Notes under the pieces: model-generated
Databases searched by the model: none
What the model saw: the letters and a program-made list of their open reading frames with translations, nothing else
What the model was told of the DNA's origin: nothing
Assembly: GCA_040219255.1 (NCBI GenBank)
Contig: JAVJSW010000069.1
Location: forward strand, 1-64,000
Reading direction: 5' to 3'
Length of the DNA stretch: 64,000 bases
Source: Sumerlaeia bacterium
GTDB lineage: Bacteria; Sumerlaeota; Sumerlaeia; SLMS01; JAHLLQ01
Position numbers and translations under genes: made by a program
In this document: piece by piece, positions 1 to 9,635 of the stretch
Layout of the letters: every line of letters starts with the position of its first letter
Numbering within the stretch: the stretch's first letter is position 1

Positions 1-242
1 AAGTGTGTCAATGATAGGTCGTTCTCGACAAGAGGGGTCTCGACTCCCGGCAAGTAGGTCAGAATCATTCCTTCCTGATCCACAGGTCCGGACCTTCTCG
101 CAACGCCAAACAGATGGTCCGTATCCCAGTAACGAAACAAGATCGCTGTTATTTGCGAGTCGATCTTTTCCTGCGCACAAAGGGCTGGCGGACAAGCGAA
201 CGTAATGATGGCGATTGCCGACGTAAGAAGTACGATTTTCAT
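1..242 (-). CDS. Secreted hypothetical protein, 5' part only (runs off window); paralog of the adjacent 239..1297 gene
   Basis: Not in the ORF track. Manual translation from ATG at 242 (GGAGG RBS, ATGA overlap with upstream stop): MKIVLLTSAIAIITFACPPALCAQEKIDSQITAILFRYWDTDHLFGVARRSGPVDQEGMILTYLPGVETPLVENDLSLTH. Signal peptide; 38/49 identity with the neighbour's N-terminus. Confidence 0.85.
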   Translation of the reverse strand, partial: MKIVLLTSAIAIITFACPPALCAQEKIDSQITAILFRYWDTDHLFGVARRSGPVDQEGMILTYLPGVETPLVENDLSLTH

Positions 243-1297
243 ACGTTCACCTCCAGGCGGATATAATCGGCCACATCGTGGACGGTGTCGGTGTTGGCGT
301 CGGCGGCGGCGCGAAGCAGCGTTTCCGATGCGCAGGTGCAGAGCAGGATGTCGAGGAGCCCGGGCTGGACGCTTTCGCTTGGCCAGGATTCGGGGAGGTT
401 GGCGATGGAAAGATTGAGAGGACCAGGACCCGGGAGATTATCCAAGTCTGGAATTAACAAAGGTTTCCAACTATAACTTTCAAAGTTTTGTGCGTTGGGA
501 ATAAATAAGCTATCGGTCGTATAGCCTTCGATATGAGCTGTAACCTGAAGAGGGCCTGCTGGAACATCTATCCCTCCCACAATAACAAATGGGAATTGGC
601 TACCCTCTATGGTATTATCTCCCCAAAGAACTTCTATCAGTCCATCCCTTAGGCTAACAGTTATGATAGAAGGGAGAACTCGATTTAAGTTGGGGGTGGC
701 ATCCAATGCATTTCCTGGCAAGTATTCAACTGTTACAGTAAATGAACGCTGTGTCATGTCGGGGACCCAAGGAGTAAATCCAGAGAGACCTGGTTCGCTC
801 AACCTTTCTCCGATCCATGGTTCTATGGAGATTCCAAATGCTCTTGGATAACGTTCTTGCCAAGTTTCATTCACCTCCCCAATCGGCTTCAACTCAATCC
901 CCTCCGACGAGCGCGGCACGACGATGTGGGGGTAGTCCTGCCAGCCGCCCAGCCCCTGCAACCGCATCTGCCCCGCAGAAAGCCCCGCAATGCAGCCGGT
1001 CTCGGGAAAGGTATTCGAGAGCGCTCGCCAGAAAAAGGGCTGACCGGCAGGGATGTCGGAATGAGAAAGTGACAAATCATTTTCCACCAATGGCATTTCC
1101 TCCCCAGGCAAATAAGTCAATATCATGCCTTCCTGATTTACTGGCCCTTCTCGCTGAGCAACGCCCACCAAATGATCCGTGTCCCAGAACTTATAAAGAA
1201 CCGCAGTGAAGGATGAGGATTTGTCAGGCGACTGGGCGAAAACGGAAGCTGCGATGGCCAGCAATATGGAAGTTGAAGCCAAAAGATGGGCCTTCAT
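239..1297 (-). CDS. Secreted hypothetical protein with C-terminal dockerin/EF-hand-like motif
   Basis: ORF 239..1366; likely start MKAHLL at 1297 with signal peptide ending VFA-Q; C-terminal DANTDTVHDVAD; lower GC than the rest of the window. Confidence 0.75.
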   Translation of the reverse strand: MKAHLLASTSILLAIAASVFAQSPDKSSSFTAVLYKFWDTDHLVGVAQREGPVNQEGMILTYLPGEEMPLVENDLSLSHSDIPAGQPFFWRALSNTFPETGCIAGLSAGQMRLQGLGGWQDYPHIVVPRSSEGIELKPIGEVNETWQERYPRAFGISIEPWIGERLSEPGLSGFTPWVPDMTQRSFTVTVEYLPGNALDATPNLNRVLPSIITVSLRDGLIEVLWGDNTIEGSQFPFVIVGGIDVPAGPLQVTAHIEGYTTDSLFIPNAQNFESYSWKPLLIPDLDNLPGPGPLNLSIANLPESWPSESVQPGLLDILLCTCASETLLRAAADANTDTVHDVADYIRLEVNV

Positions 1298-1417
1298 GAA
1301 ATCACCTCCAGGCCAAGCGGTCGGCCCCATCCTGGAGGGTTTGTCTGAGAACTGGCGGGGATCCATCGGGCGGGCGTCCTGTCGAGTGCTGTGAGCTTCT
1401 TCTGCAATTCTAGGACA

Positions 1418-1855
1418 TCACGATCCAAACGCCATGGTGGCGATGGCGAAGCGGCCCGTGGAGGGATCGACCACGCGGATCTGCAAGGCCCCTTGGCTCA
1501 GTTCCGCGTCGCTCGAGGGAATCGTCAGAGATTTGAGCGGCAGGATGGAGTAGCTGTCGCTGAAAGACTGGTAAGCGAAGGGCCTTGAACTGAGCGTACT
1601 CGCAAGGGTCCACGGTGTCGCGTTGCTGACTTCAAGCGGCAGGCTCTTGCTGGGGGTGTCTGGGGGGACGTACCGGCTATAGACCTGAAGGGTCGATTTG
1701 TTGCTCATCCCTTTCACTCGGAAAGTGATCGCCGTATTCTTGGCGATCGCCAGCTTATAGGCGCGGGTGAAGGTACGCCGCGTGGCCCGAGGGGCCACCT
1801 CGCCCGAGGCGTTCTTCTTCGCATTCCTGCCGTTCTGCTCGTCCATATCGGGCAT
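1418..1855 (-). pseudogene. Chimeric ORF: IS3-like OrfA N-terminus fused to an unrelated gene fragment
   Basis: EVAPRATRRTFTRAYKLAI resembles the IS3 OrfA start motif; the remaining ~108 aa show no transposase resemblance. Confidence 0.45.
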
Positions 1856-1917
1856 CCTGCCGTTTCTCCGCCTTGGTCAGTAAACTTTTGGGCCGAGTGT
1901 CTCAAGGGGTATAGGCA
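1745..1917 (-). mobile_element. IS3-family left-end remnant
   Basis: Minus-strand TGCCTATACCCCTTGAGACAC (from 1917) resembles an IS3-type terminal repeat and precedes the OrfA-like codons; no OrfB/DDE domain or right end seen. Confidence 0.45.
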
Positions 1918-2319
1918 GGTAGCCCCAGAGGCCTTCGCGAACGAAGCGGCATGCGGTTTTCTGGGGGACATGGCGGGAGAGATTCCCCAGAAAAGAGTCC
2001 ATTTGATCTCGCAATCGAGCGGCGGTGTGGGCGCGGTTCATGACGGGGCGTGTCCTGGCGGCGGGGGGTTGAGTCGTATCGGCCCAAGCTGGCAGAGACA
2101 CGCCCTGTGGCGCGACGAGGAGTTGAAGTTTCCCCAAAAAAGTGTGGGTCGCAGTTGTGGGGTGCGGAGTTGGGCTGGGGCGATTGGGCTTGGAAGATTG
2201 GGAGGGCTATTTGGGGGAAGGTCCTGTGGAAACCCTCCCCTTGACGGCTCGGGTCCGATTCCGCAGGCTCGCCTTCGCTTTTTCTGTGTCCCGATCATTT
2301 CGCAAAGGTTTCTCCTCCC

Positions 2320-3027
2320 ATGCCATTCCGTCAAGGCGCCCTCTCCGTCCGCCGCTACATCTTGCAGACCGAGCCCCCGGAAGGCTACGAGCGCACGGCC
2401 ACCATGGCGATCCGGCGTTACCTTTACCGCCCCATCAACGCGGACCGGGGCGAGCGCGAGTCCTTCGGCTGGGTCAATCCCCGCCGGCCGCTGCTCGAGA
2501 AGTTCACCTGGGAAGACTTGGCCGACGGGCCCTTGGTTTTCCTCGGTGTGCGGCGCGATCGCAAAGCCGTCAGCCCGGCGCTCTTCAAGGCGCGCAAGGA
2601 AGAGCTGTTCCTGCGCGTGAAGGAAGAGCGGGGCGTCGAGCGCATCAGCCGCCAGCAACGCCTCGCGCTCGAAGAGCAACTGACCAACGAGATGCTCAAG
2701 GAGACTTCGCCGACCGTTGCGTTCACGGAACTTGTGTGGGACCGCGCGAGCGGTGAGGTGCTGATGGGATCGACCAGCAAGACGCTTTGCGAGCGCATGG
2801 CGGATCTGTTTTTCTCGACCTTCGACGTGCGCTTGGTCCCCCAGTTTCCGGCGCTCATCGGCCACGGTTTCATGGCCGAGCAGGGCCTGGAAGACGAATA
2901 CCAAGAAACCGGCGCCTCCGCCGCCCCGGCCCCCTCCATTCCAGCCCCCGAAGCCCCCCTCCCCCCGCAAAGCGCCCTCACCGAAGACAGCCCCAGCGCG
3001 GACACCGACGCGCCGCCGTGGGACTGA
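2320..3027 (+). CDS. rdgC: RdgC-family recombination-associated protein (short form)
   Basis: GALSVRRY..ERESFGWV..FLGVRRDRKAV pattern typical of short RdgC-like proteins; acidic Pro-rich tail. Confidence 0.7.
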   Translation: MPFRQGALSVRRYILQTEPPEGYERTATMAIRRYLYRPINADRGERESFGWVNPRRPLLEKFTWEDLADGPLVFLGVRRDRKAVSPALFKARKEELFLRVKEERGVERISRQQRLALEEQLTNEMLKETSPTVAFTELVWDRASGEVLMGSTSKTLCERMADLFFSTFDVRLVPQFPALIGHGFMAEQGLEDEYQETGASAAPAPSIPAPEAPLPPQSALTEDSPSADTDAPPWD

Positions 3028-3187
3028 GGCGGGAGGGTCGGGAAATCGCTCGACGGGCGGGAAGGGATCGGGCCTTTCCACCGTTCCCGCCGAGAAGAAC
3101 CTTGCGGACGGGGCGGCCCGGTGAAGGATGGCGGGGGCGCCTGGCCAGAGCCCGCCATCCTTCAGAAGAGGAATCGTCGCCCACCCC

Positions 3188-4543
3188 ATGCGTACCATCG
3201 TTGTCGGGGCCGGAACCGTCGGCACCAACATCGCCGCCCACCTCGCCCGCGACCGCCACGACGTGGTCGTGGTGGATCTGAGCCAGTCCAAGCTCCGCGA
3301 TCTCGAAGACCACGTGGATGTGCAGACGCTGCTGGGCAACGCCTGCGATCCGCAGGTGCTGAAGCAGGCCATCGGCGGTCATCAGACCGCTCTGCTCCTC
3401 GCCGTGACGGATCAGGACACGACGAACCTGATCGTCGCCTACGCAGCGAAACGGGTCGGGCTGCCCCGGGTCGTGGCGCGGGTTCGGTCGCGATTTTTCC
3501 TGGATGGCGAAGCGGTCAATTTTTCCGATCCGCTGGGCATCGACATGCTGATGTCGCCGGAGATTCTGACGGCGCAGGAGTTGGCGAATTTCATCGAGCA
3601 CCCCAACGCGCTCTACAGCGCTTCGCTGGCGCGAGGGCGCCTCGAACTGCGGACGCTGTTCCTCTCCCCGCTGAGCGAACTTTGCTCGCTGCGCCTGCGC
3701 GAAATCACGCTGCCCGCCGGGTGTCTGGTGGCCGCCATCCGCCGTGGCAGCGAAATCCACACGCCCCGCGGCGACGACGAGTTGCAAGCTGGCGACCGCA
3801 TTACGCTGATCGGCCTGCCCGACGTTCTCGACGACGTCCACAATACCTTCGACACGGAGCAGACGGCCACCTCGGCCCGGGGCCAGCGCGTCGCCATCGC
3901 CGGCGCGGGCGAGACCGGTCTGTTCCTGGCCGAGATGCTCGAAACCCGCCGCCACAAGGTTTACCTGATCGACAAGGACATCGAGCGCTGCAACCTCGCC
4001 GGCGAGCGCCTGAAGCACGCCATCGTCTATCACGGCGACTGCACCAACGTGCAGTTCCTGCGCGAGGAGCACCTCGAGCGGATGGATTATTTCGTCGCGG
4101 TGACCGGCGACGACGAGTCGAACGTGATGAGCGCGCTGCTGGCCAAGGAACTCGGTATCGAGCGCACCGCGTGCATCATCGACCGTCCCGATTACATCCG
4201 GATCGTGGAGCGGGTGGGGATCGACGCGGCGCTCTCGCCGCGCATCGTGGCCGCCAATCGCGTCATGGCGGTTGTGAAGCAGGGCAAGATCCGCAACGTG
4301 GTCTTGATCGAGGACGGCGCGGTGGAAGTGACCGAGTACCAGGCCCAGGCGCGGTCGCCCATCACCGGTGTGCCTCTCAAGGACCTGGACATGCCGAAGG
4401 GAACCCTGGTGGGCGCCATCGTGCGTGGCCAGAAAGTCATCATCCCCCGGGGCGACGACATGATTAAAGGCAGCGACGTGGTCATCGCCGTCGCCGAATC
4501 CCAGCAAGCCGACAAAGTCGACAAGCTGTTCCGCCCCGAGTGA
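3188..4543 (+). CDS. trkA: Trk potassium uptake NAD-binding subunit
   Basis: Two RCK_N (GAGTVG, GAGETG) plus RCK_C repeats; adjacent to trkH; start set at MRTIVVG. Confidence 0.95.
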   Translation: MRTIVVGAGTVGTNIAAHLARDRHDVVVVDLSQSKLRDLEDHVDVQTLLGNACDPQVLKQAIGGHQTALLLAVTDQDTTNLIVAYAAKRVGLPRVVARVRSRFFLDGEAVNFSDPLGIDMLMSPEILTAQELANFIEHPNALYSASLARGRLELRTLFLSPLSELCSLRLREITLPAGCLVAAIRRGSEIHTPRGDDELQAGDRITLIGLPDVLDDVHNTFDTEQTATSARGQRVAIAGAGETGLFLAEMLETRRHKVYLIDKDIERCNLAGERLKHAIVYHGDCTNVQFLREEHLERMDYFVAVTGDDESNVMSALLAKELGIERTACIIDRPDYIRIVERVGIDAALSPRIVAANRVMAVVKQGKIRNVVLIEDGAVEVTEYQAQARSPITGVPLKDLDMPKGTLVGAIVRGQKVIIPRGDDMIKGSDVVIAVAESQQADKVDKLFRPE

Positions 4544-4562
4544 GACTGCACCGCCCGCCGCC

Positions 4563-6053
4563 ATGAATTATCGTCTGATCAGCAAGTATCTCGGACTGCT
4601 CCTGGGGGTTTTCAGCCTTTCCATCTTCGTGGCCCTTCCTTTTGCCATCTACTTCAAGGAATGGCACGCGCTGGTGGCCATCATCGAAGCCATCGCCGCA
4701 GGGATGATTGTCAGTGTGGGCTTCTGGGCCTATGGCCGCGGTACCAAAGGCGAACCCTACCGGCGCGAAACGCTGGCGATCGTGGGACTGGCCTGGATGA
4801 TGGCGGCGGGTATCGGGGCGCTGCCGATGCTGTTCTCCGGCATTACCGACGGCAGTTTCACCGACGCCTATTTCGAGAGCATGTCGGGCCTGACCACGAC
4901 GGGATCGACGATTCTGCAAACGATCGAAGACAAACCGAAGAGCATTCTGCTGTGGCGGTCCTTTCTCCACTTCCTGGGCGGTCTGGGCATCGTCGTTCTG
5001 TTCGTGGCGGTTCTGCCGCTGCTGGGCGTGGGCGGGCGGTCGCTGTTCAAAACGGAAGTGCCCGGCCCATCGGCGGAAGGCATGACGCCCCGGATCAAGG
5101 ACACGGCGATTTCGCTGTGGAAGCTCTACATCGGGCTCAACGCTCTGGAAACGGTGCTGCTGATGTGGGCCGGGATGGGTTTCTACGATGCCATCAACCA
5201 CGCCATGGCGACCATGGCGACGGGCGGGTTTTCGACGAAGAACGCGAGCATCCTGGCTTTCTACAGCCCTATGGTCGAGTGGATCATCATCCTCTTCATG
5301 TACATCGCGGGAACCAATTTCGCCCTCCTTCTGCGGGCGCTGAAAGGCAAGTTCGAGTACCACAAGGACCCGGAGTTCCTGACCTATTCCGGCATCATCC
5401 TGTTCTCCTCGGTGTTCATCGCGATGGCGCTCTACCTGAGCGGCGTCCCCAACGTTGAGGGAAGTCCGGCGGCGGTCTCCGATCCGGCGAGCATCAACCT
5501 GCGCGATGCGTTTTTCATCGTGATCGCGTTGCAGACGACGACCGGGTTTGGAACCGTGGATTTTCAGCAATGGCCCGAGGGCGTTCGCATCCTGCTGCTG
5601 ATCCTGATGTTTTTCGGGGGTTGCTCCGGCTCCACCGGCGGTGGCCTGAAGGTCATCCGGTGGATCATTCTCGCGAAGGTGGCCGCCCATCAGATCGCCA
5701 GCGAAGTGTCGCCGCGTCGCGTGCGCGCTCTCAAACTGGGCGACCGGGTCATCGGCCAGGAAACTTCCCGAGCGGTCCTCATTCTCTTCTTCCTGTGGAT
5801 CGGCGTCGTCTTTTTCGGGTCCTTCGCCGTGGCGATTCTCTCGCCGGACCAAACGCTGCTGACCTCGTTCACGGCGGTGATCGCCACATTGAACAACATC
5901 GGCCCGGGCCTGGACGCGGTGGGGCCGACGTCGAACTTCGACACTTTCCAGCCGGCGGTGAAATGGCTGCTGGCGCTATTTATGGCTTTAGGCCGCCTCG
6001 AACTCTATGCGATAGCGGTGCTCTTCGCGCCCAGCTTCTGGTTCCAGCGCTGA
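4563..6053 (+). CDS. trkH: Trk potassium uptake permease
   Basis: Pore motifs FESMSGLTTTG, ATGGFS, TTTGFG, GGCSGSTGGGLK, LNNIGPG, GRLE. Confidence 0.95.
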   Translation: MNYRLISKYLGLLLGVFSLSIFVALPFAIYFKEWHALVAIIEAIAAGMIVSVGFWAYGRGTKGEPYRRETLAIVGLAWMMAAGIGALPMLFSGITDGSFTDAYFESMSGLTTTGSTILQTIEDKPKSILLWRSFLHFLGGLGIVVLFVAVLPLLGVGGRSLFKTEVPGPSAEGMTPRIKDTAISLWKLYIGLNALETVLLMWAGMGFYDAINHAMATMATGGFSTKNASILAFYSPMVEWIIILFMYIAGTNFALLLRALKGKFEYHKDPEFLTYSGIILFSSVFIAMALYLSGVPNVEGSPAAVSDPASINLRDAFFIVIALQTTTGFGTVDFQQWPEGVRILLLILMFFGGCSGSTGGGLKVIRWIILAKVAAHQIASEVSPRRVRALKLGDRVIGQETSRAVLILFFLWIGVVFFGSFAVAILSPDQTLLTSFTAVIATLNNIGPGLDAVGPTSNFDTFQPAVKWLLALFMALGRLELYAIAVLFAPSFWFQR

Positions 6054-6084
6054 TTCCACCGCTCCCACAAGGACTCCTCACCCC

Positions 6085-6948
6085 ATGGCAACCATCCCCT
6101 CGGAACGCACGCTCGGATTTATCGGCTCGGGAAACATGGCGGAAGCCATCGTCCGAGGCTTGATCGCCGGCAAACTGGTCGGCCCTTCGCGCATCGTCAT
6201 GGCCGACAAACGCCAGGACCGCGTCGGCGAACTCGCCGAGACGCTCCGCATCGTCCCCGCCTCGGACAACAGCGACCTCCTGGACCGGGCGGACATTGTG
6301 GTGCTGGCGGTCAAACCCCAGAACCTCGACGGCCTGATCGAGGACCTGGGCCTCGGCGCCCGCCCCGAGCACCTATTCATCTCGATCCTGGCGGGGGTCC
6401 GCAGCGAAACGCTGGAGGGCGCCCTCCGGCACCAGGGCATCGCTGAACCCCGCGTGGTGCGCGTCATGCCGAATACACCGGCGCTCTACTCCGAAGGCGC
6501 CGCGGGGATTTCAGCGGGGCGCTTCGCCAGACCGGAAGACGTGGAGGTCGCCCAGGCCCTCTTCGACGCCGTGGGGGTTACGGCGGTCGTCTCTCCCAGC
6601 CTGATGGACGCGGTCACGGGGCTGTCGGGATCGGGTCCGGCCTATGTGTTCCGGATGATCGAGGCCCTGATCGACGCGGGCGTGGCGCAAGGCATCGACC
6701 GCGCCGAGTCGGCCCGGCTGGTGAAGCAGACGGTTTATGGGGCGGCGCTGATGGCGATGAAGGCGGAACCGGAAGAAGGCCAGGAGCCCGGCGACGAAGT
6801 GGTGGAATTGCGCCGCCGCGTGACCTCGCCCGGCGGCACCACGGAGCGCGGCATCGCGACGCTCGACGAGCGGGGTTTCGCGGAAACGATTGGCGCGTGC
6901 GTGGACGCGGCCCGCCGGCGAAGCGTGGAACTCGGCGGCTTTCGCTAG
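6085..6948 (+). CDS. proC: Pyrroline-5-carboxylate reductase
   Basis: GFIGSGNM, LAVKPQ, RVMPNTP, GLSGSGPAY, VTSPGGTT. Confidence 0.95.
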   Translation: MATIPSERTLGFIGSGNMAEAIVRGLIAGKLVGPSRIVMADKRQDRVGELAETLRIVPASDNSDLLDRADIVVLAVKPQNLDGLIEDLGLGARPEHLFISILAGVRSETLEGALRHQGIAEPRVVRVMPNTPALYSEGAAGISAGRFARPEDVEVAQALFDAVGVTAVVSPSLMDAVTGLSGSGPAYVFRMIEALIDAGVAQGIDRAESARLVKQTVYGAALMAMKAEPEEGQEPGDEVVELRRRVTSPGGTTERGIATLDERGFAETIGACVDAARRRSVELGGFR

Positions 6949-6951
6949 AAC

Positions 6952-7449
6952 CTACCAGCCCATCGTGGCCGGTCCGCCCTTGAAGGGACCGGCCACATGG
7001 CTCGTGATCCAGCCGCCGTAGAACCCGCCGGGCTGGGGCGTGGCCTTTTCTCCGTCCACAAAGCACCCGTCCATCGGGCGGGCGTAGAAAGCGATCATGT
7101 CCTGAATCGGCGCGAAAGCGTCCTCGGGATTCGGGTAGGACCAGGCCGCCCGCGGCGCGATGCGGCCATCCACTTCGACGGCGAAGTACACCGCCTCGCC
7201 TTTCCATTCACAGACGCTTTGCGAGGAGAGGGGTTCGAGCAGTTCCATGCGCACGTCGGTGCGGGGGAAGTAGTAGACGGGCGGATGGCTGGTTTCGCAG
7301 ACGCGCCAGCCGCCGCGGGTCTCGGCGATCGTGAGACCGGCGAAAACGACTCTCAGGTGGCGCCGCGTCGGTTCGACCAGTGGTGGCCGGGGATAGTCCC
7401 ACACCGACTCCTGGCCTGGCGCCTGGGGGTGACGGGGAGGCGGATTCAA
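6952..7449 (-). CDS. DUF427-family protein
   Basis: QESVWDYPRPP, ETSHPPVYYFP, CEWKG, FYGGWIT motifs; probable TTG start at 7449 overlapping the upstream stop. Confidence 0.8.
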   Translation of the reverse strand: MNPPPRHPQAPGQESVWDYPRPPLVEPTRRHLRVVFAGLTIAETRGGWRVCETSHPPVYYFPRTDVRMELLEPLSSQSVCEWKGEAVYFAVEVDGRIAPRAAWSYPNPEDAFAPIQDMIAFYARPMDGCFVDGEKATPQPGGFYGGWITSHVAGPFKGGPATMGW

Positions 7450-8174
7450 TGGCCGTTGCCGTCCCTTCTCTGCCAGCCGAAGGCCTCCGGATCGTCGGTA
7501 AGGACGCCGACGGCCACCGCGTAGATGGCGACCTCGCCGGGCTGGAAGACGCAGAATTCCTGATCGGGGCGAAGACCTTCCCCGATAATGTGGGCAACCG
7601 CACCTTCCTTGTTGATAATACGGCGCAGGCGTCGTAAGAAATTGGGAGCGCGCGACGCGAACGGTTGGAGAACGACCAGCGTCCCGTCGCGTACCAGGTC
7701 CGGCTCGCGAACGAGCCGGATGAAACAGAGACTCGACCGATGATCCGTGGCATTGAGAGACAGACCGTAGACCTCCTCCGTACACGCCGGATGACCTGGC
7801 ACCAGGCTCGGCAGGGCGGGACAGAGGCGCGCTTCGGTGTAGAACTGCGTCTCGTAGGTCCTGGGGTGGATCATGCCGACGCTCAGCAATTGGGTGCGGC
7901 GCGTTTCGACGCTCCCTCGATCCTTCGGCTTCTCCTCCTCCGCCACGCCGTTTGTGGCGGAAGCGAACTCCAGACTGCCGCCCATCGTCAGACACAACCG
8001 CTCGACGATGTCGAAGGACACGTCTTCTTCCTTCTCCAGGAACTTATGAACGGTGGCCTGGTTCACCCCCAACAGTTCGGCTTTACGGCGAAGCGTGGCC
8101 GCTCCCGACTCGGTTTGATCTTCCAACCAGATTCGGACACGCGCTCTCAGAGAATGCTGGAAAGGTGAACTCAT
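7446..8174 (-). CDS. XRE/Cro-CI-type HTH regulator with degenerate S24/LexA-like C-terminal domain
   Basis: HTH LRRKAELLGVNQATVHKFL; C-terminal beta-rich region; catalytic Ser/Lys not evident; start set at MSSPFQ. Confidence 0.6.
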   Translation of the reverse strand: MSSPFQHSLRARVRIWLEDQTESGAATLRRKAELLGVNQATVHKFLEKEEDVSFDIVERLCLTMGGSLEFASATNGVAEEEKPKDRGSVETRRTQLLSVGMIHPRTYETQFYTEARLCPALPSLVPGHPACTEEVYGLSLNATDHRSSLCFIRLVREPDLVRDGTLVVLQPFASRAPNFLRRLRRIINKEGAVAHIIGEGLRPDQEFCVFQPGEVAIYAVAVGVLTDDPEAFGWQRRDGNGH

Positions 8175-8213
8175 AAATCCATGTCTTTGGCTTCTTTTGC
8201 CCTTGCCTGCGAC

Positions 8214-8229
8214 GCTTGCGATTGCAAGC
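8214..8229. promoter_or_regulatory. Candidate operator GCTTGC-N4-GCAAGC between divergent XRE and DUF6166 genes
   Basis: 6-bp inverted repeat in the 118-bp divergent spacer. Confidence 0.35.
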
Positions 8230-8292
8230 ATAAGCTATTGCCCGCCGCGAGGCTTTGCCCACACGGGGGACCAGGAGTTTGACTGTTGCCAC

Positions 8293-8676
8293 ATGACCGA
8301 TGACCCACAAGCACAAGATGCGTCTCACGATCTTCTCATCGACTGCCGATTGACAGCGAACGGTCCACGGATCGTTCTGATCGACTGCCCCGCCGACTCC
8401 GGCTCCTCGGATGCGGTCGCCGAAGCCGCCCCGCCCTACGAGCGCACCCTGCGCCACATCGTCAAGGAATCCCCCGGTGGCATGTCCTGGGGCGACGGCG
8501 GGCCCGGCTCGTCGGATTTCGCCCTGTCGCTCCTGACGGAACTTTTCGGCGCCGCCCTCGCCGAAGCCCATCACCTGAATTTCAAATGGGACGTGGTGGT
8601 GAACCTGCCGGTCCGCCACGCGACCCTGAAGAAAAGCGAAATCCAGCGGTGGCTTGACAATCAGGTGCCAGCCTGA
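8293..8676 (+). CDS. DUF6166-like protein
   Basis: SPGGMSWGDGGPGSSDFALSLL..FKWDVVVNLP..IQRWL matches the recalled DUF6166 pattern (SPxGfeWGYxGsGPaqLA); AGGAG upstream of MTDD. Confidence 0.65.
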   Translation: MTDDPQAQDASHDLLIDCRLTANGPRIVLIDCPADSGSSDAVAEAAPPYERTLRHIVKESPGGMSWGDGGPGSSDFALSLLTELFGAALAEAHHLNFKWDVVVNLPVRHATLKKSEIQRWLDNQVPA

Positions 8677-9590
8677 TCCCCGGCGGCGGAATTGCCCGCC
8701 GCGAACGGCACCGTCCATTCCGGTCCTCCTTTCCTCAACATCTCCAGCCGCCTCAACCCTCTGTCCAGCAGCAACGGTGGCACGACCGCCGCGCTCAGCA
8801 CCAGGGCGGCCCAAAATCCCGCCGACGCATCCCCCGCCCCCACCAGCCAACCCAGCACCGCGCGGTCGATAAAGCCGTGCGCGCCGAGCACCGTCAACGC
8901 CGACCAGATCCAGGGCTGGGCGAATCGTTTCGACCCCGCCCAGAACGACGCGGCTCCCACTGCCGGCGCGAAGCCGGCCTCCAGCGCGATCACGCACCCG
9001 TGAAAAATGGCGATGCGGCCGATCCCGTAAGCATACAGCATCAGCCCCGCCGCCACCGCGGCGTAAACGCCCTCCCACAAACCCATCGGCGACCCCGCCA
9101 GGCGCATCCATACCCAGGCAACGATCAACGCCAGAACCGCCAGCCCACCGATCGTCCCGGCCATAGCCAGACCCAGCCACCGCGCCATCAGACCGCGCAC
9201 GAGATCGCCGGCCTCCATCCGTGTCAGCGAGAGTTGGGTGAGCAAGCCGGTGTGCTGGAAGCTCGCGAGGTCGCGGCGAGCCACCTGAATCGCGCCCAGG
9301 CCGGCGACGAGCGATCCGCACACAATCCCGTAGAAGAGAAAGAGAAGGGCCGGAATCGTCAGATTGGAGCCATGGAGAAAAACGAAGGCCGCCGCCAGCA
9401 CCGGCCAAGGCGTCGCCAGCAGAAAAGCCAGCGCCCAACGGTCCCGCGCCGGTGCGAGCGGATGGAGCACGAGGGGATTTGGCGTGGGATCGACTCCCGT
9501 GCGCAACTCGTCGATTTCGGGCAGGAGGCTCTCCCACTGACCGAGGGAGAAGGTGAGAAAAAAGAGACGCCAGGCGGAATAGGTCTGCAA
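8661..9590 (-). CDS. Multi-pass membrane hypothetical protein (ABC-2 permease-like)
   Basis: About 6 hydrophobic segments; PNPLV and LLTQLSLTRM motifs; start uncertain (TTG). Confidence 0.6.
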   Translation of the reverse strand: MQTYSAWRLFFLTFSLGQWESLLPEIDELRTGVDPTPNPLVLHPLAPARDRWALAFLLATPWPVLAAAFVFLHGSNLTIPALLFLFYGIVCGSLVAGLGAIQVARRDLASFQHTGLLTQLSLTRMEAGDLVRGLMARWLGLAMAGTIGGLAVLALIVAWVWMRLAGSPMGLWEGVYAAVAAGLMLYAYGIGRIAIFHGCVIALEAGFAPAVGAASFWAGSKRFAQPWIWSALTVLGAHGFIDRAVLGWLVGAGDASAGFWAALVLSAAVVPPLLLDRGLRRLEMLRKGGPEWTVPFAAGNSAAGDQAGT

Positions 9591-9635
9591 CGGCGAGTCC
9601 GGAACCGGCGGCCAGGAGTCTTGGGGAGACTGGGC

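Noticed and set aside
1957-1994. TTTTCTGGGG/CCCCAGAAAA inverted repeat
   Set aside because: Single 10-bp stem with an 18-nt loop, not repeated elsewhere; cannot be assigned.
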